In this document: positions 15,701 through 30,636 of the stretch, one piece after another
Numbering within the stretch: the stretch's first letter is position 1
Layout: each line of letters begins with the position of its first letter
From: Balanoglossus misakiensis
Lineage: Eukaryota > Animalia > Hemichordata
Direction: 5' to 3'
Length of the DNA stretch: 64,000 nucleotides
Assembly: GCA_040954595.2 (NCBI GenBank)
Contig: CM082583.2
Coordinates: 10,057,656-10,121,655 of the forward strand
Made by a program: the position numbers and the translations under genes
Notes under the pieces: generated by a model
Databases searched by the model: none
What the model saw: only the letters and a program-made list of their open reading frames with translations
Told to the model about the DNA's origin: nothing

Positions 15701-18700
15701 CAGTGGTATTACGGATGCATTGTATGTGAATTGATATCTGTTTGTTTAAATTAGAAATTAGAACAGTTCTGTTGAAGGAAATGGTTACAAAGTGGATATA
15801 TAGAATTGGCAGTGTTGGCACGTTTTACCGTTGATCATTATGTCTCGTGTTTGGAAAGACCTAAGGATATGTATGCTTCTAGGATTCAGCTATTGAATAA
15901 AAAATTATACAAACTCTGAAATATAATGATAGTGTTTAGATGTTCACAGTTAATGTTGAGCTGTACTCTGTATTGTGCGGTGAAATTTAGGTCCATTCAC
16001 AGAGTGTCACCGCTGTGTGGAGTTTAATACGGCAGATTCACATTGCTGGAGGGAGGCCATAAGCTGGGTTGTTTGCCTTGAATGGATTGTGTGCCACTTT
16101 TCGTAGCCACAGTGTAGACTTTTTCCCCACGATTCTTCTTCTGATCATTCAGATATTAAACAAATAATTTGTTCTTCTAGAAAATGAATTTGCAACTTGT
16201 TTGTTTTAAATTTTGTTGACTTGAGTCACAAAGCGGAGTATAATCGACCACAGAGGGCAGGAAATCTCAAGATTTTCTGTTCACATTTGAGGTATCCATA
16301 TATAAATGTATGATGTAGGTCAACAGAATGGTAATGTTCTGTTGTGACTGATTTTCAATTCCATCCCAGGAGATATCCTCATCAGCACCTTAAACATAAC
16401 CAAGATATCACATGATGTAGGCCAATTGTGAGACATCAGAGAGGTAACTGACATGAAATGAAATGGAGTGAATGAAGAAGCCTTAAACTGAGAAATGAAA
16501 TGAAGCCGTAATGTTTTCCATTTTGATGGACAGGATGAGTTACAGATTGCATGGCAGATGATATGTACAGGCCATACACACACATTAGTCAGGATATCAT
16601 GTGGGTGTATATATCACCAGACCCAATTTGACAATTAGACTTTCTTTCTGTGTTGTGCGATTATGTCAAAGTTAAACCTGATATCTTCATATTGTTGAGA
16701 GGAAATTTGATAATGTCTTGCAGTGGTACGGAAAAAAATAGGGGTAAAAAGTAAGCTCCCAGTAGCTGGGTCTTTCTGTACAAGTTTCAGGTAACCATGG
16801 TCTGATGAGTTGCCATCATCTTAACAAATCAAACACATCTATTGGCACATCAAAGATACATGGATGATGGCACTCCTTTGTGAAATCCCTATTTTTGTTC
16901 AGGAAACTAATCTTGAAGACAATTCAATTCCACTTGCATGAATAGTTCTTTTGTTCAGAAAATATAAATGGGAGCAATGTATGTAGTGCATATATTGCGA
17001 CATCCTTGGAACAGAACTTGTTTAATAAGAGATGTGTGTACATAATCAACTAGTGGCTTTGTGGCTGTTACATGCATTCTAGGTGGCATTTTTAATTAAG
17101 AAGTTGAATAAACAACTTGTGTGAAACAGTTGGGCAGGAAGCTTTCTTGCAAAAGAATATGAATTTTGAAAAAATCAATGTTTGAAAATTTGACAGGATT
17201 AGAAAAAATCAATAATGTTAGTGGAAAGATAAATGACTGGTTTCCAGTTTGATGTGAAGCATTTGCCTCCAGAATATGCACAGTTTCACATTTAACAGAG
17301 TTTGCTGGGACAGGTAATTACTTAGTGTCCTTGATTAAGCAGTTATTGCGGGGGATACCTGAACAGGAAATCATTTCCTGATTCACTCTGGAGTTTTCCT
17401 GTCTTCATTTCATACCATGGCTGGAGAAAAAAAAGGCAATCAGTTTCTGTCGTGCAAAGTGCTTTCGGTACGAAGTTGAGGCAAACAAGGTTTCCAGATT
17501 TGTTTCACACAGATGACAAGTTTTCATTGGAACGTAGAAACATTTGCAAGATTATTGGGTTATAAATAAACCCAGCTACATGTACATTCAAGCTACATCA
17601 CTGATATGATATTAGGATCATCGAAGACGCTATACTTGTACAAATCTGACTACAGACATGAAATAATAAGATTCCGTTGGAAAAAAAATACTTCCTTGTT
17701 TTCTTGAAGAGCAAATGAAACATTAAGGCAATCACAGCACAGAAAACAGTCCTGCAATTTCCTATCAATTTATCAGTGTTCCTCCCACCATATAGCAAGA
17801 GCATCATAAACATCTATGCAAGATACTTTAATGTAGATTGCATAAAGAGACCTGTGTTTATGTGTGTTGAAGTGAGTATAGTATAAGGGAAAGGAGGATT
17901 TAGATTCCCTCGTGATCATGCGAGTTACTGTGTCTTCAAGCAACAAGGTTAGCTGGGAAATTAGGGAAAAAGATGTCTGTGATAACAGCCGTAATGGTTA
18001 CGACGGGAGCCAATAAATGGAACAGGGCACTGATAACAGAATTAAATAGTGCCCGAGAAATGAGCTCAATACAGAGCTTGGGTACATCAGCACATAATGC
18101 GATTGCGAGAAGTGATGACCTTTGTCACCCTTGGATGTCATTTGCATAATACACATACGGAATAAATGACGCAGGTTACTTTTATGTATCACTGAACACA
18201 TGTTTATAAAATTCATAGTGCATTAATGATTCAAAAGACGGCCTGTTTCACACAGTGGCATTATATTTTCATGCCTTGAAAGACTGGAAAGATAGTGAAA
18301 AAAGTGAAAAAACAGGATGTTGTTGATGGTTAAACCTTTTTTAGGGTTTGTATGTCATGTGGCGATTAAATGATGATATGTTTTGGGTTGATTAGATATA
18401 TTTTTATTGAAACGAAGTCGCTGTGGTTTCTGCAATATTACAGTTATTTTGCTGTCATATGTGGACAGAATGGCAATATTGTATTACAAAAATTTGCTGT
18501 GATTCATATAGAATTTTTTTTTCATCTAAACCATCAAAACCTTTACTTGTATAAAAACGAAAGTGTACCCTAATATTTGACTTCATATGAAAGTCCATGT
18601 GAATGTAAATTCTTAAAAATATAATTGCCACTCATACCCAGTTGCAAACAGTAAAATGGAAACGTTTTTCAAGGAAAAAAGATGTCGTGACTAAGCCACT

Positions 18701-21700
18701 CCAGTTTGATACAATCATGAGATCGCTGAAAAGGATGTCTTCAAGAATTTATTCTAGGAGTTAGTCTGGCCAGCCTTGCTGAAGTCAGCAATAAAGGAAT
18801 CCCCTGACAATTGCAATGACTCATTTCTCCCTCATAATACAGCCATCAAAGGACGTGTAGATGGCACAAGTCCAAAATTATTCATAGTTATTCAACTTGG
18901 AATCTTAATCTACATGATTTATGGCATTCCGCATTTTGCATATTAATTGCAGTCTTCTGCCAGAATATGTTGAGGTAGACAAATTAAACCAGTTTATACA
19001 TTTATCACATATTTGATTTTAGGTTTTACAAATTTGATTTATTGACCTTCAGAAAATTGGTACATTGAAAGAGACTGGGATAATTTTAATGTTGGCTCAC
19101 CGATGTAGTTTATCTTCAAATTACAGTAGTTGAAATAATTGTTGTGAAATGACTGACTCCAGTCATGATATTAGATAGATAGGGCCTCTCTGTAATGTAA
19201 ATTTTAACTCAAGGCAATTTCCTCCAATAGGAAAGGAAAAAAGTCATCAAATTTGATTATTTTATACAGAGTCAAAATGATTTATGTTTCAGGATACAGA
19301 ATCAAAATTTTATGTCTAAGAAATATGCTACTGTCAGAACATGTTAAGATAAAATGGAAAAGAAGTTCAGAAAGAGAGATGAATATGAGGAAGAGGATAT
19401 GCATTTAGTAATATCTGTCATTTGTGATGTTTTCAAGTTTTGCTTGGTTGCATGAAGATCATCCAAGGTCAGATCTACTGTATTGCATAAACTCCAGTGT
19501 AGAGTGCGTGAGAGTCATAACATTGTAGATTTTTTTTACTCTAGCAAATGGTGTAGTGAACTGAAAGTATTAAGAAAATGTATTTTTTGATTCAGAAATG
19601 TATGAATTTGTATAAATGTGATGTTAGTTGATGGGACACGGTATGGTCAATATATGAAAACCATCTACTGTCTATGACTGAAATAACTCTGCGAAAGAAA
19701 ATGTTTATCATTCATTATACATGAGTTTCACGTTTCTGCCCTTGCATAGGGTAAAGGGAAAAGTGTCACGTAATATCCACTGTAAACTGTGCAATTTCTT
19801 GAGAAGATCGTTTGTGTCAGCTACGCTGAAAAATGCAAATTTAACCACAGTTACCATGGAAAGTTAACATCTAGCCAATGAAGGATTTTTACTTGGGTGG
19901 CCATGCGAAAAAAGAGCGTGCCATCACATGGTTATTAGAACACTTGGAGTTTAGACATGCCCGTTTTACTGTACAGGGGTACATGTAAATTGTATGTGCA
20001 GCTGTCAGGGATGTGTAAAAATAGTGGCATCTTTGAATAGCATGATGCAGAAATGAAATTGTCAAAGCAATTACAGTGTAAGCAATGCTTGTATGCACAT
20101 ATATGTAGCTGTCTTTTTTGTTCAAACTTTTTATAAAAAATATCCAGGTGCTTTCTTAGGCTAAGTATACAGCACACAGGGAAAAATGAATAGCAGAGTG
20201 TCTCCCAAGAGGTGTGATACAAGATGATTAATAATGCGATCTTATGCTCAATACACCATCAGGTCCCCCAGTACTCCCACAATTTCAAATGCTGCTATAT
20301 TTCACTTTCCTGAGCAGCTGTACCAGCGAGTTGGATCATCTTACAGGACTTGTCGTGTCTTCTGAACTCTAAAAATGCTAATGAGCATCCTAATGTACAG
20401 TTAATTCGCTATTATTGTGGAAAGTATTGATGGTTTCATTGGCTTTAATTTTTTAGGGCACATGTTTGAGTATATCGATCTTAATTGAGAAAGACGAGAG
20501 TGACGTGTCTGATTGTCACTGGTATTTAAATGCTCTACTCTGTTTTGTTGGTACTTGTATAAAGATGTGTATTCAAATGTATATTTGTGCTGTTGAAATT
20601 ATTTTATGAATATCAGAATTTGCCAAGGATACTGACGCGTTGCAGACACGGCATTCATTGTGTCGCATCACGATTCTCTGTGCCATGCCTTGTGTACAGA
20701 TGTATCGCGTTCCAGCGTGTGTTAATACGAAGGCTATTGCATTCTGGAATGAGTCGTGACATCACATGCAAATGTGTTCATACATACATGTTCCTACCAC
20801 TCGTGTACGTCCTGGTTCATCGATATGTCCCCTGCATTTAATACAGTATTGCTCGGAAGCTCAGCAGCATCTCGGGAGCAGTATTGGATGGTTGAAGCTC
20901 ACTTTAATAAAAAAAAATTGATGAATTACTCGCGTTGTGGTCTGTACATTGACTTAGAACACACATCAAGGATTTTAATCAGAGAATGTAGTCTGTTGTT
21001 GTTAAATTGATGTCCTGTCTGTCTGTGTGTGTGTGTCGTGAATCACATGCATGACTGACGTGACTTGTCATGCTGTTCTGTCTCCATTATGGGAGATCGG
21101 CTCTGATGAACATTCTCACAGACTGCCAGTGGGCGATACTCTTCCATGGATCATGACAAAATACAAAGCCTTGGATGACAACTTTTGGCCATGCTGTTTC
21201 ATCAGTTTACTAGTTGGAAACAGATGTCTAGTGAGCAAAAAGTACATTGTGTTTTAATGTTGTATGATTCATATCTTTAAGCTGTAAGATGTCCCATTCT
21301 TTAGCCTATATGATAGACAGACAGTCAGATAGAGATACAGAGGTCACTTTATTCCTATAAGCCATACCTATAATCCCTTTTAGATTCCGTCTTTTCAGTT
21401 TGGCTGTAAATTGGCTCTAGATTTTCAAGATACATATAAAGATTACAGCCTTGTCAACATCTGTTGAACTTCTCAACAAATTACTCATCATTTCCTCTGT
21501 GAAGTATTATACAGTGATGTGAAGAAGCCTGAGTCATCTTACAGTTTACAAATTACAGTATGGAGTTTCACGTTTCCATGCCTTCTCTCGCAAAAGCACT
21601 GTACAGTGACTCTATAGACAGCTCTTTCAAATGTTGCACCTTTGAGGCCTTATCGACGAGAATCTAAATGGAAACTGAAATTGATGAGGGATCAAGGTCA

Positions 21701-24700
21701 ATATCAACGCTGTTTTTGTGACAAATAACTCTGAAATATTCTTGTCCAGTGGATTTTCTTCATGACTTGCAAATTACAGTGATCATTAATCGTGTCATCA
21801 AAATTTTTCATGAATATGCAGATTAACGTATCTGAAAGTTGTGATGTTTGTGTTCTTGAGCTTTAAGGCTGTTGCTGGGCAAATCGTCATGGGAGGTTCT
21901 ACATTCGAATCTGATAAGACTTTTAGTGTACATATACATGTACTTAGCGCACGTGAGAAACAGCAAACCAGAAATTTCTGGTGTAAGTGGTGTTACTAGG
22001 TGTCTAGAAAGGGTATACATACTCTCCTATAGCGTGCAACACCTGTCAGGATTGACCCAAAGTGACAAATTAATTGTGATTCAGCTAAGCCATCAAATTG
22101 GAATGCAACAAATTGGAATGGCTCTAGAGCTGCTTGCTGCATGTAACATTCAAGAGGAAGTTTGCCTAGATTTCTCAGAATCGTGGTGAACGCAATTTTA
22201 ATAATTCAGGCCGGAACATTAATTTTTCAAAATTGGAAATGTCTTTTGCTGACTTATGCATTGTGAAGCTTGAATAGAAGTTTCTGTCAGTCAAGATAAT
22301 TCTAATTCCTGTTCGCATTGATTGTTGAATTTTTGTCCAGTCGTTTCGATGAGTTATGAGCATTGGCATGTAGATAATTTCTAATTATGTGAGGCAACTC
22401 TGAGTTGTAATTTCAGAATATTTTTATGATTAAAGGTGTCACAACTTGTAGAGTGCTGTTAAATTGTCAGCATATAGTTTCATGTGTTTTTACCTACACT
22501 GATATAAGACTGTTCCTGCTTCAAGTACTTTTATCAATGAATACTAGAACATTAAAATCAGGAGTAAAGAATTGAGATGATTCGGCCAATGCAACATTCA
22601 TTTGAACTGTGGAAAATAATCACAAGTAGTATGCATATTGCATAACAAAGACAGTGACAATGTCACTCGGACATGTCCATAGTGAAAAGACTTTTTGCAC
22701 TTGCGAAAGAGGTTGATTAAAAGAGTGACTTGAGAAGGATATTGCCGCCTAATTCTGTGTGGTAATTTAAAAGCTAAAGGTGGTTTAGTTTATATTGGCA
22801 ATTAGTAGAAGAGCGAAATTCCACAAGAGGAATGCCAGAAAGACTTCATCTAACCCATTAAGTGTTGCATTTCCAAGTAAAGTAGGTAATTAGTGCATCC
22901 GGTACATGTTGCCTGCCGGTGTGACTTGTCAATTGGAAATTCTTGGATGGCGCAATGTTGAGACAGTCCTTGCAAGGGTCATCACTGACAAGATACGGAT
23001 TCAGAAGAAGTCTGTACATTTGAGCCGAGGGGATTTGCCGGTGAGAGGCGACATGTACAGTTCTTGGCATGTCTGTTTTGCCAGACTGTAAATTATGCTA
23101 AAATAATCAACATAATTTTTATTTTACACCCATCCCTTTCTATAGTAATATTCATTCATTCCTGCATTTTAGAAGATACTTCTACAAATCCTTTTATCCA
23201 GAGGAATTTACATAAATGAGTCCAAATGTTCCTAAGTTGCTTAAAGGTAAAACAAAATCTTCATGCGAAAAAAAACTTAGATGGGTTCAGCGTACAGTGA
23301 TAAAGATCAACAGACGGTGTATTTTGAGCTAAAGACATTCTATTTTTAGTGTCATAGTTAGGTAGGATCGTTTGAAGTGTCGTGTACAGTAGAGACCATA
23401 ATTGAGTTTTGGATTACCAAGAGCTTTTCAGGCTGTCTGCAAATGATGACCTGGAGCCATATTCTACGTAGTACCTGGGTACGTTTTGTTACGACCACTG
23501 TGGTTATAAGCGTAAAACAATTCAGAGTACATACTCCAATTGCAATTGTTCAAAGGCTTTTTAAAAATTTTTACGTCCTGAACGTTGAAAAATCACCGTT
23601 GAAAGAAATGGATCTTTAATATACATGTACGTGTAAGTGCAGATGTATACATGTATATGTAGTGGCTGACTAGACGTTGCATAAAACCAGTTAGATTGTA
23701 TTCTGCTATTTCGCTTATGACATAAGTCTGGTGGCAATCAATCATCCCAGGGTTTCTCGGCCATCAGGAGGAACACATTTCATTTTGCTTGATGGCGCTC
23801 TTGCGATAACTACCTTATTCACCCACCATACCCTCTATGAATTGCTGTCAACCATATTTAAAACAAGATTGTCTGTCGACTTCAAGCCCAGGCTCAAATT
23901 CAGTTGTCCACCCTTTGAAATTGGCTGGGACGAACTTCTGAGCAACATCACAGGTCATCAGGGGGTCAGGGCGCAAGGGGGTTAAGCAGACCGGGATGAC
24001 AAGTCAAATACTTGACAATTCAGCACGATGGAGTGTAAATAAAAAGACATGATTAATATATGAAAGATGATATTTAAAAAAATGAAGAGCCATTACAACT
24101 AGTGTATCTTTAAAAGTTTGAAGTGATGAAAGAGATACAGGGTAGGCAACTGTTTGTGTATATAAACCAAAAATGTAATCCGACTTTAGTTGGAGGTTTA
24201 GAAACCCTTTGACAGTCGTTTAGTTCACTTAGAAGGCTGCACAATGATGTTTACTCGAAAATTACCAGGATTGAAAGAGGAGACGTCCTTCAATATTGAT
24301 GTCACCCAGTGAAAAGGTTGCTTTCTCCATTCAAAGCGCACGCAGGCAGTGTTGATAGTTGGCAAAAACACACAAAGCATGATTATAACAGGATTTTTCA
24401 ATTACCAGCGCAAACACTGAAGTGGCTGGTAATGTGTGCATACAGAAATGATGTGTGTGCGTGGTATAATAGAGGCGCGCACTCAGAACCGTGTTTTAAA
24501 GTTAAAGTGATAGCCACTGTTACAGCTTTTACTTTGCAGGAGTGATTTCAAAACAGAATTACGTGGAGGGTGTGAGTTCATGATATGGAGACAAGTAGCA
24601 GTATATCATTGGCAGTGTTTTGAGCGAGCGTGCGCGCAGCTGATTAATTATTCATTCGAGATGTAGCTGAGCTGCTTATAACTGATATCAATATTTCAAG

Positions 24701-27700
24701 CCAAAATATCACATCCAGGGAACATACATATTCCAGTATGATCATACAAGTGTTGTGTTACTGTGGCAACCATACCATGTTCTTGGACTGTAGGTTTTCT
24801 GCAGATACAATGTATTCTGAGATTCTATCACAACTAATGGTGTGGTATGTTACTGTTTTGGTGTAGATGTTTCGTTAAAAGGGTAGGGGGAAGCTTCCGG
24901 TACATCTGCAAGTGAATGGGTTATCAGTATGGAGAGCTCTTCTACTAGAGCTTTTGCATGTAATCACAAGTTTTACTATCAAAGTGGAATCTCACTTGGC
25001 AACATGTTATAAGTGGTGTTAATCAAATTTCACGAATCTCGTCCAATTGAATGAGATTGCACTTCCGATGTTTTCAGGGTTGCGAGGTCCTGCTTTCTCG
25101 TGAACTCGCGTACCCCCAAGGAAAATGGGCTTCATACCACCTACATGTACATTGTACAATGATTTCCAACCATATAGGAGCTTGGAGCTTAACACTTTAG
25201 CTTTCAACTTAATTAGAACATGCATGGTCATGGTTTTGACCTATTGAACTAATCTTACAACTTCGTGTTGAACTGTAATATCTGGTGTATTAAATCAGAA
25301 ATAAAACTCTAACTGAGTTCACGTAGTGACGTACAAAAAAAGTGCAGTTGCCGGTCATTCTTTGATGACCGGACTGATAACAAAGTACAAATGCAAATTT
25401 GAAGTAATTAATTTGTAGCTTTGATTCCTACAAGTATGGAAGTGCTAACTGCTGGCATTGAATTCCATACTGCAGTTTTCTCAGATATGCCACTGCGGGA
25501 CTGTGATTGTCAATGTTATGGTCAATAAAACAAGTGTGCAATCTTTCTGTGCTGTGGAGATTTAAAACTGTAGAGCTCTGACCGTTTCGCATTCTTGCTC
25601 ATATTCGGCACGATATCAGTACACTGTTGTCCCCCCCCCCCTTCCCTCCTGTAATTAACATGCCATGACTGGAAATACTAAAAATAGTTTCTGCACCTGA
25701 TTCCAGTGATGATCCCGCTGACCAAGTCATTACAGATGTAACCTCTAATTTTGGGCATGTATTAAAGAATTCCCAGTTGATATTAAATTTAATGCGATGG
25801 TATTCAAAGTTGACAAACCTGTGATCAACGTACGCACACCTGACGGGGTTGTGTGATGGCCCTTTAATTTAAAGTAATCCTCATCATTAATAAACTGAGC
25901 AGTTAGAACTTTCTAAATATTTAAATATACTGGAAATATCTCCTTTTTAACCAAGATTCAAGTATTTTGATGCGGACTTCTGAATCTGAAGAATGCCGTG
26001 ATGAAATGTCTGTCCTAGATCGAGGCGAAGGGATTGATGTTTCTCGCTGAGTTTAATGGATGTTAGTAATTTGACTCAGAGGGTATCTTCTGGTAATTGG
26101 TTTTGACTTCAGAAAACTGCGTAATTGCTTGGCTATTTCTTGCTGGAGGGAGTATTCTCAAGGCTTCAGTATTCATGGAAGTATACGTCAGTGTGTAACA
26201 AACCAACCTACTTCTTTGACATACATGTACGTAAAATGTACAGATTTGCTGCAGGAGTGTTTGAAGAGAGATAGAATTGGCTGGTGCAGAGATATAGAAG
26301 CAATAGTCAACCAGTACTTTATTTCTAACTTATTATAATAGGTTTTGTGAATTCTTTAAAATGAAAATTTATCATGGAAACTTTGAGTTCAATTAAACAC
26401 CTATCAGTGATAACTTGTGTCTTGTTTTCAGTACTTGTGTGCTGTTCTGTTGTTTTCTGTTCGCTTCTTATCAAATGGGAGCACGGTGCCCTTGACACTA
26501 TTCTGCCATACAGAGGAGCTGCAAGGGGCTCAGCTGTTGCACTGAAACCTAACTCTTATCTAAAGGTCATTATCCTGTCGCTTTTATTAACCAGTCAGTC
26601 TTGCCAAGATGACGTGTGTGTTATCACTGGGGAGAGTTTTTAAAATAACAAGTCCAGTGCCACAGACTGTCATTTTTTGTTGCGACAAGCTGTCAGTCGA
26701 GAAAATACAAGTCTCAATTTAGCGAGCAGAGAGCGAGAGAGAATCATCAATATTATGAACAGACAGCACCAAGCCTTAGGGAGTATACTTCAAATTGCAA
26801 TGTTGCTAGAGTTTTATGTATTATTAATTTATGAGACACTGGGCATCTGAATCTATGTAAAGCAGGTGTATTTTTAAAATTTTATTCCTCTGAATGTTTT
26901 AAATTTAAAATAATCTATATTGTGTAGTCAGTATACAAAATCTGCTTGGAAATAGAAAAAGTGTTCTTGATAGAGATTAGAAGGGTGTCGATCGGTGTGT
27001 GGCTGCTGTGTCGGCCATGTTCTGTTATTGCCAGTCCACTATAAAACTACAAGACTTCAGTCCACAGACAAGTGGTTCCTATAAATAGCCTGCAGTCGGC
27101 TACAATCGAGTGTTACCTGAACTATCCTGAATAACAAATTACGTTCAAAGCGGTAAAAAAAGCAATGGATCCATGCAAATTGGGGTGGTTTGCATTTTAA
27201 ATGCAAAGGTTGGAGAATGGAGCCATCATGTGTATTTGGCAGCACATTTTGAGATGAAAGAATCGCATGAAAGATGGTTGATTGACGCATATTCGTGCAT
27301 TTTTTTGACAAAATTGTCCCCTGATTAAAAATTCAGGATGTGCAATTTAACCGAACTGATCGATTTTGTCATCATGTGGAATTCAGTGTTGCCATGGAAA
27401 TATGATGTGGTGCAAAATAATCATTCTGCTCTTCATGAAAATGTATTATTGTCCTATTCAACAATGCTGCTTTAATACATGTGACATTAAAAAACTTGCG
27501 TGTTTGCCGGCAATGATCAATCAATAATGACTGTGTCCTTTGATAACTGGAGCCTCTGTTGGGCGACTGCTTCATCTCAAATATCAAACTGTGTCTTGCG
27601 CCCGAGAGGAACATCGGCTGTGGTTTGCAGTCAGTTTGTCAGAATTACTCCAGAGATCTGTCAGATTACCATAATGTGTCTTGATCAATGAAGATATATT

Positions 27701-27896
27701 GCAAAAACGGAGGTGAACCTTTGGTTGTAATGTACTGTTGACTATCATGACCTATATAACAGAAAATTATGTCAAAGTTGCTGTTCCAGAGGATGTGTGA
27801 GTGATAATTCATTCTGTGGAGATTTTCCCCACCAGGATTTCATGCTTTCTTTATCTGTCTAAAAGAAAATTGATGAATTTCTTTCTGTTATTGCAG

Positions 27897-28014
27897 TGAA
27901 ACCAACAATCTTGAATCTGGCCTGATTGTGGAACTATGGACAAAGGGACTTATATGGGACACATTACTTGGTACAGCACGGCTTCCGTTGATGAGCATTA
28001 AACATTCAAATGAG
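27897..28014 (+). CDS. unc-13: unc-13/Munc13 exon, C2A domain (ETNNLESGLIVELWTKGLIWDTLLGTARLPLMSIKHSNE)
   Basis: ttgcag acceptor and gtatgt donor, 118 nt, phase 2->0. Manual translation matches recalled Munc13-1 C2A ([39 protein letters not shown]). Confidence 0.96.
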
Positions 28015-28498
28015 GTATGTTTCTTAAATTGTCTCCCTGTGTATTAAAATCATTCAGTAACTCTCAATTTAATAGAATGTTCAGCTCTCTTTGCACTGTA
28101 TTTATTAGCAAGGAGGAAATGATCAGGATTTCAAGGAAATGATCGATTTCTTCGAAGCTTGATTTATCTCTTTTTGATTTAAAGAGAGGGTTCTTTGCAC
28201 GAATTTCTTGATTCAAAAATCAGGGGATGGCATTTAAAAAGGGTGGCAGTACTGACACACGTGAGATCTCGAACACGATTTATTCATGCATTAAAAGAAT
28301 GGAAGAAAAGTGAATTGTGAACAACAGAGGGCTGTCTTGTATTTGCAAGCATGCGAGATTCTGTCGAGTCTGGGTCCCGTACGCTGAAGAGAGCCCTCAA
28401 GAGGCCAGAGTGTTTGCTGCGCGCCAATTACGTATTCAGGATAATGAGAGAAATGCGAACAAAAAACCCTAATTGGTGGAAACTTCTTTTATTTGTAG

Positions 28499-28622
28499 GA
28501 AGGGGAAGGACAATGGCATTCGCTTGACTCGGAAGTTGAAATGAAAAATGGTGAAGTGTGCGGAACAAAACTTCCTACTGGCCACAGTGTGTTAATCGAT
28601 GCCAGGTTTGAACTCCCCTATG
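28499..28622 (+). CDS. unc-13: unc-13 exon, C2A C-terminal part ([41 protein letters not shown])
   Basis: tttgtag acceptor and gtaagt donor, 124 nt, phase 0->1. Matches recalled Munc13-1 EGPGEWLTLDSQ...[22 protein letters not shown]. Overlaps ORF 28541..28963. Confidence 0.96.
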
Positions 28623-30182
28623 GTAAGTCCGTCCTCAGCTCTTGGCATTTGCCGTTGATAGAGGGCGCTCATGGGAATTTTTTTACGTTGTTTGATGAAA
28701 GTGGTATATTTCCGAAGTGGTCAAGTTTAAAGTATTCATTTCGTGGGAAGTTTTACCTGGTACAATGCATTTCAAATATTTCTTCAAGTACTGAACATTC
28801 CAATGCAACAGGATACAATACAAGAACAAATGCACTCACACATAATTACATATGGTTACAAATACAGATTTTTTTTCTCAAAGATATTAACCATAGCAAG
28901 CCATCTTTTCGCTCCCAAACCACTGCATCCTGCATGAAGCCTGCGTTATGCACACTCAGGTAGTTTTACCGGTAGCTAGATTTCCGTAACTAACTCGTGG
29001 TGTTGTATAATGACGCTTTGGCTGTTCTAACAAACGTCTTGGCTTGATGTGTGGTCAACATATTTCTCATGTTTGGTGTTTAACTAAACAGTAATCATCA
29101 TCTGTGGTGCTTATGCATTCGACTGAATAATTTTTGGTAGACACGGACATTCTGCTGGTGAGGTTTTTTTTATTTTAAATTTAGGTTTTTTAAACTTTTA
29201 TTCCAAACTTTCCGCAGTGAAAACATAGTGTCATCCCTGAGTGATTTTGATTCTTTTGGTCAGAAATCACTCCCCTGTGGTGCTTTGGTTTTGCAAACCC
29301 CATCATGATCATATTCAATGGGTTACATTTTCTGTGATTGACTTTGGGTAAAAATGATAAATGTATGCAGTGTTTCCTTAAATTGGATTTTTACATTTCA
29401 AGTTTGATCATTTGCAAGTTATAGGTGGTGATTAGTGGATTTGTAGAGCTGGAAAGCATAGGGAAAGATTCCAGGCGGGGATTTTGGGGGGTTGTACCAG
29501 AATGCACAGATAGTGCATGTATGTGTACACCATAGCAAAGTTTGCCAACCTGTACTCTCCTCGAAAGGATGTACATGTATTTCTCATCAAAAAACTCATG
29601 ACTTTACTGTTTGCAAAAAGTGTGTTTCAAATTTGGTGATCTCTATCTATTCCATTGTCAATAGCATCAGTAGTAAGAGTATAATACATCCGCTGCCATA
29701 CGTCATTTCTTGCGTAAGCCATACTGTTACTATAAAATGATAATTGGGCAAATAACCTAGCTCCTATACCGCGCAACTTCATTCACATAAAATATGTATG
29801 GGCGTCGTTTATGACATACAGTGTAAGCAATTTTTCAATTTGTATTCTTTCATAATCTTGTTCAGCTGTATGTGTGTGGCCACTCAGTCAACATACCTTT
29901 TCATGTTCTGGAACTTGTGGTTTTCATGGAGGCGTACATCTTCTTGCTAACGGCCGGAAGTTACAGACATGCTTTTTTTCTGGAAATCATACAAAGTCTT
30001 AATTATGGAAAATGAACTGGAAAGGGCAAGAGCGAATTGAATGGAACCAGCGTAGCAACGGACATATTTCTGAAGCCACAACTTGTATTATTTTCCAGTT
30101 TTTGATTTGATTTTAATTTTTAGTTTTGTTTTGGGTTTGATGGAGCACAGTACGGCACGGTTGTTTTCTTCCCCTTTCCCAG

Positions 30183-30299
30183 ATCTGCAACAGCAGGAGG
30201 CGGAGGAACTGCAGAAGAAACTGCGAGTGTTGAACACCATCATGGACCAGGAAATGATGACGCTGAAAGAGCAACACAAGAGAACCACCGGATCTCACT
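30183..30299 (+). CDS. unc-13: unc-13 exon, helical extension of C2A (DLQQQEAEELQKKLRVLNTIMDQEMMTLKEQHKRTTGSH)
   Basis: Polypyrimidine tract plus cccag acceptor and gtatgt donor, 117 nt, phase 1->1. Resembles Munc13 [20 protein letters not shown]. Confidence 0.92.
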
Positions 30300-30568
30300 G
30301 TATGTGCCCTTCACTTCCAACACAAGTCACCGTATATTTTTCAGTTTGCACCTTTTATTTAAAAAATGCTTTGCTTTGTTTTGTTTTGTCTTCACACCGC
30401 AACAGCTCTTTGTCACTGTATACCTGTCAGTGCCAGTCCACTCTTTGTAGATCCCCGCCCCGCTGCACTGGTCAGTTGTAATGATATATAAATCCTTTTT
30501 TTCTCTGCTTCACAATGCTGACATGACATGAAATGTGTACTTGTGTGCTGGCTGTGTTTTTAAGAGTA

Positions 30569-30636
30569 AAAACCATTGTTTTCAATGGTATGGTTATAAG
30601 CCCCACAACGTACAGGAAATAGAGGTGAAAGGGTTA
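30569..30636 (+). mobile_element. MITE family A copy 2 (5'-truncated)
   Basis: aaaccattgttttcaatggta...ggaaatagaggtgaaagggtta is homologous to copy 1. Confidence 0.6.

Noticed and set aside
24019-24035. RE1/REST-like ttcagcacgatggagtg
   Set aside because: The right half-site is poor, and relevance of REST in this organism is unknown.
28103-28150. Short direct repeats (aggaaatgatc twice; also ggttatt(t)caaggtc twice near 2596-2627) as a CRISPR-like array
   Set aside because: Only two units with no spacers; simple local tandem duplications in eukaryotic intron.
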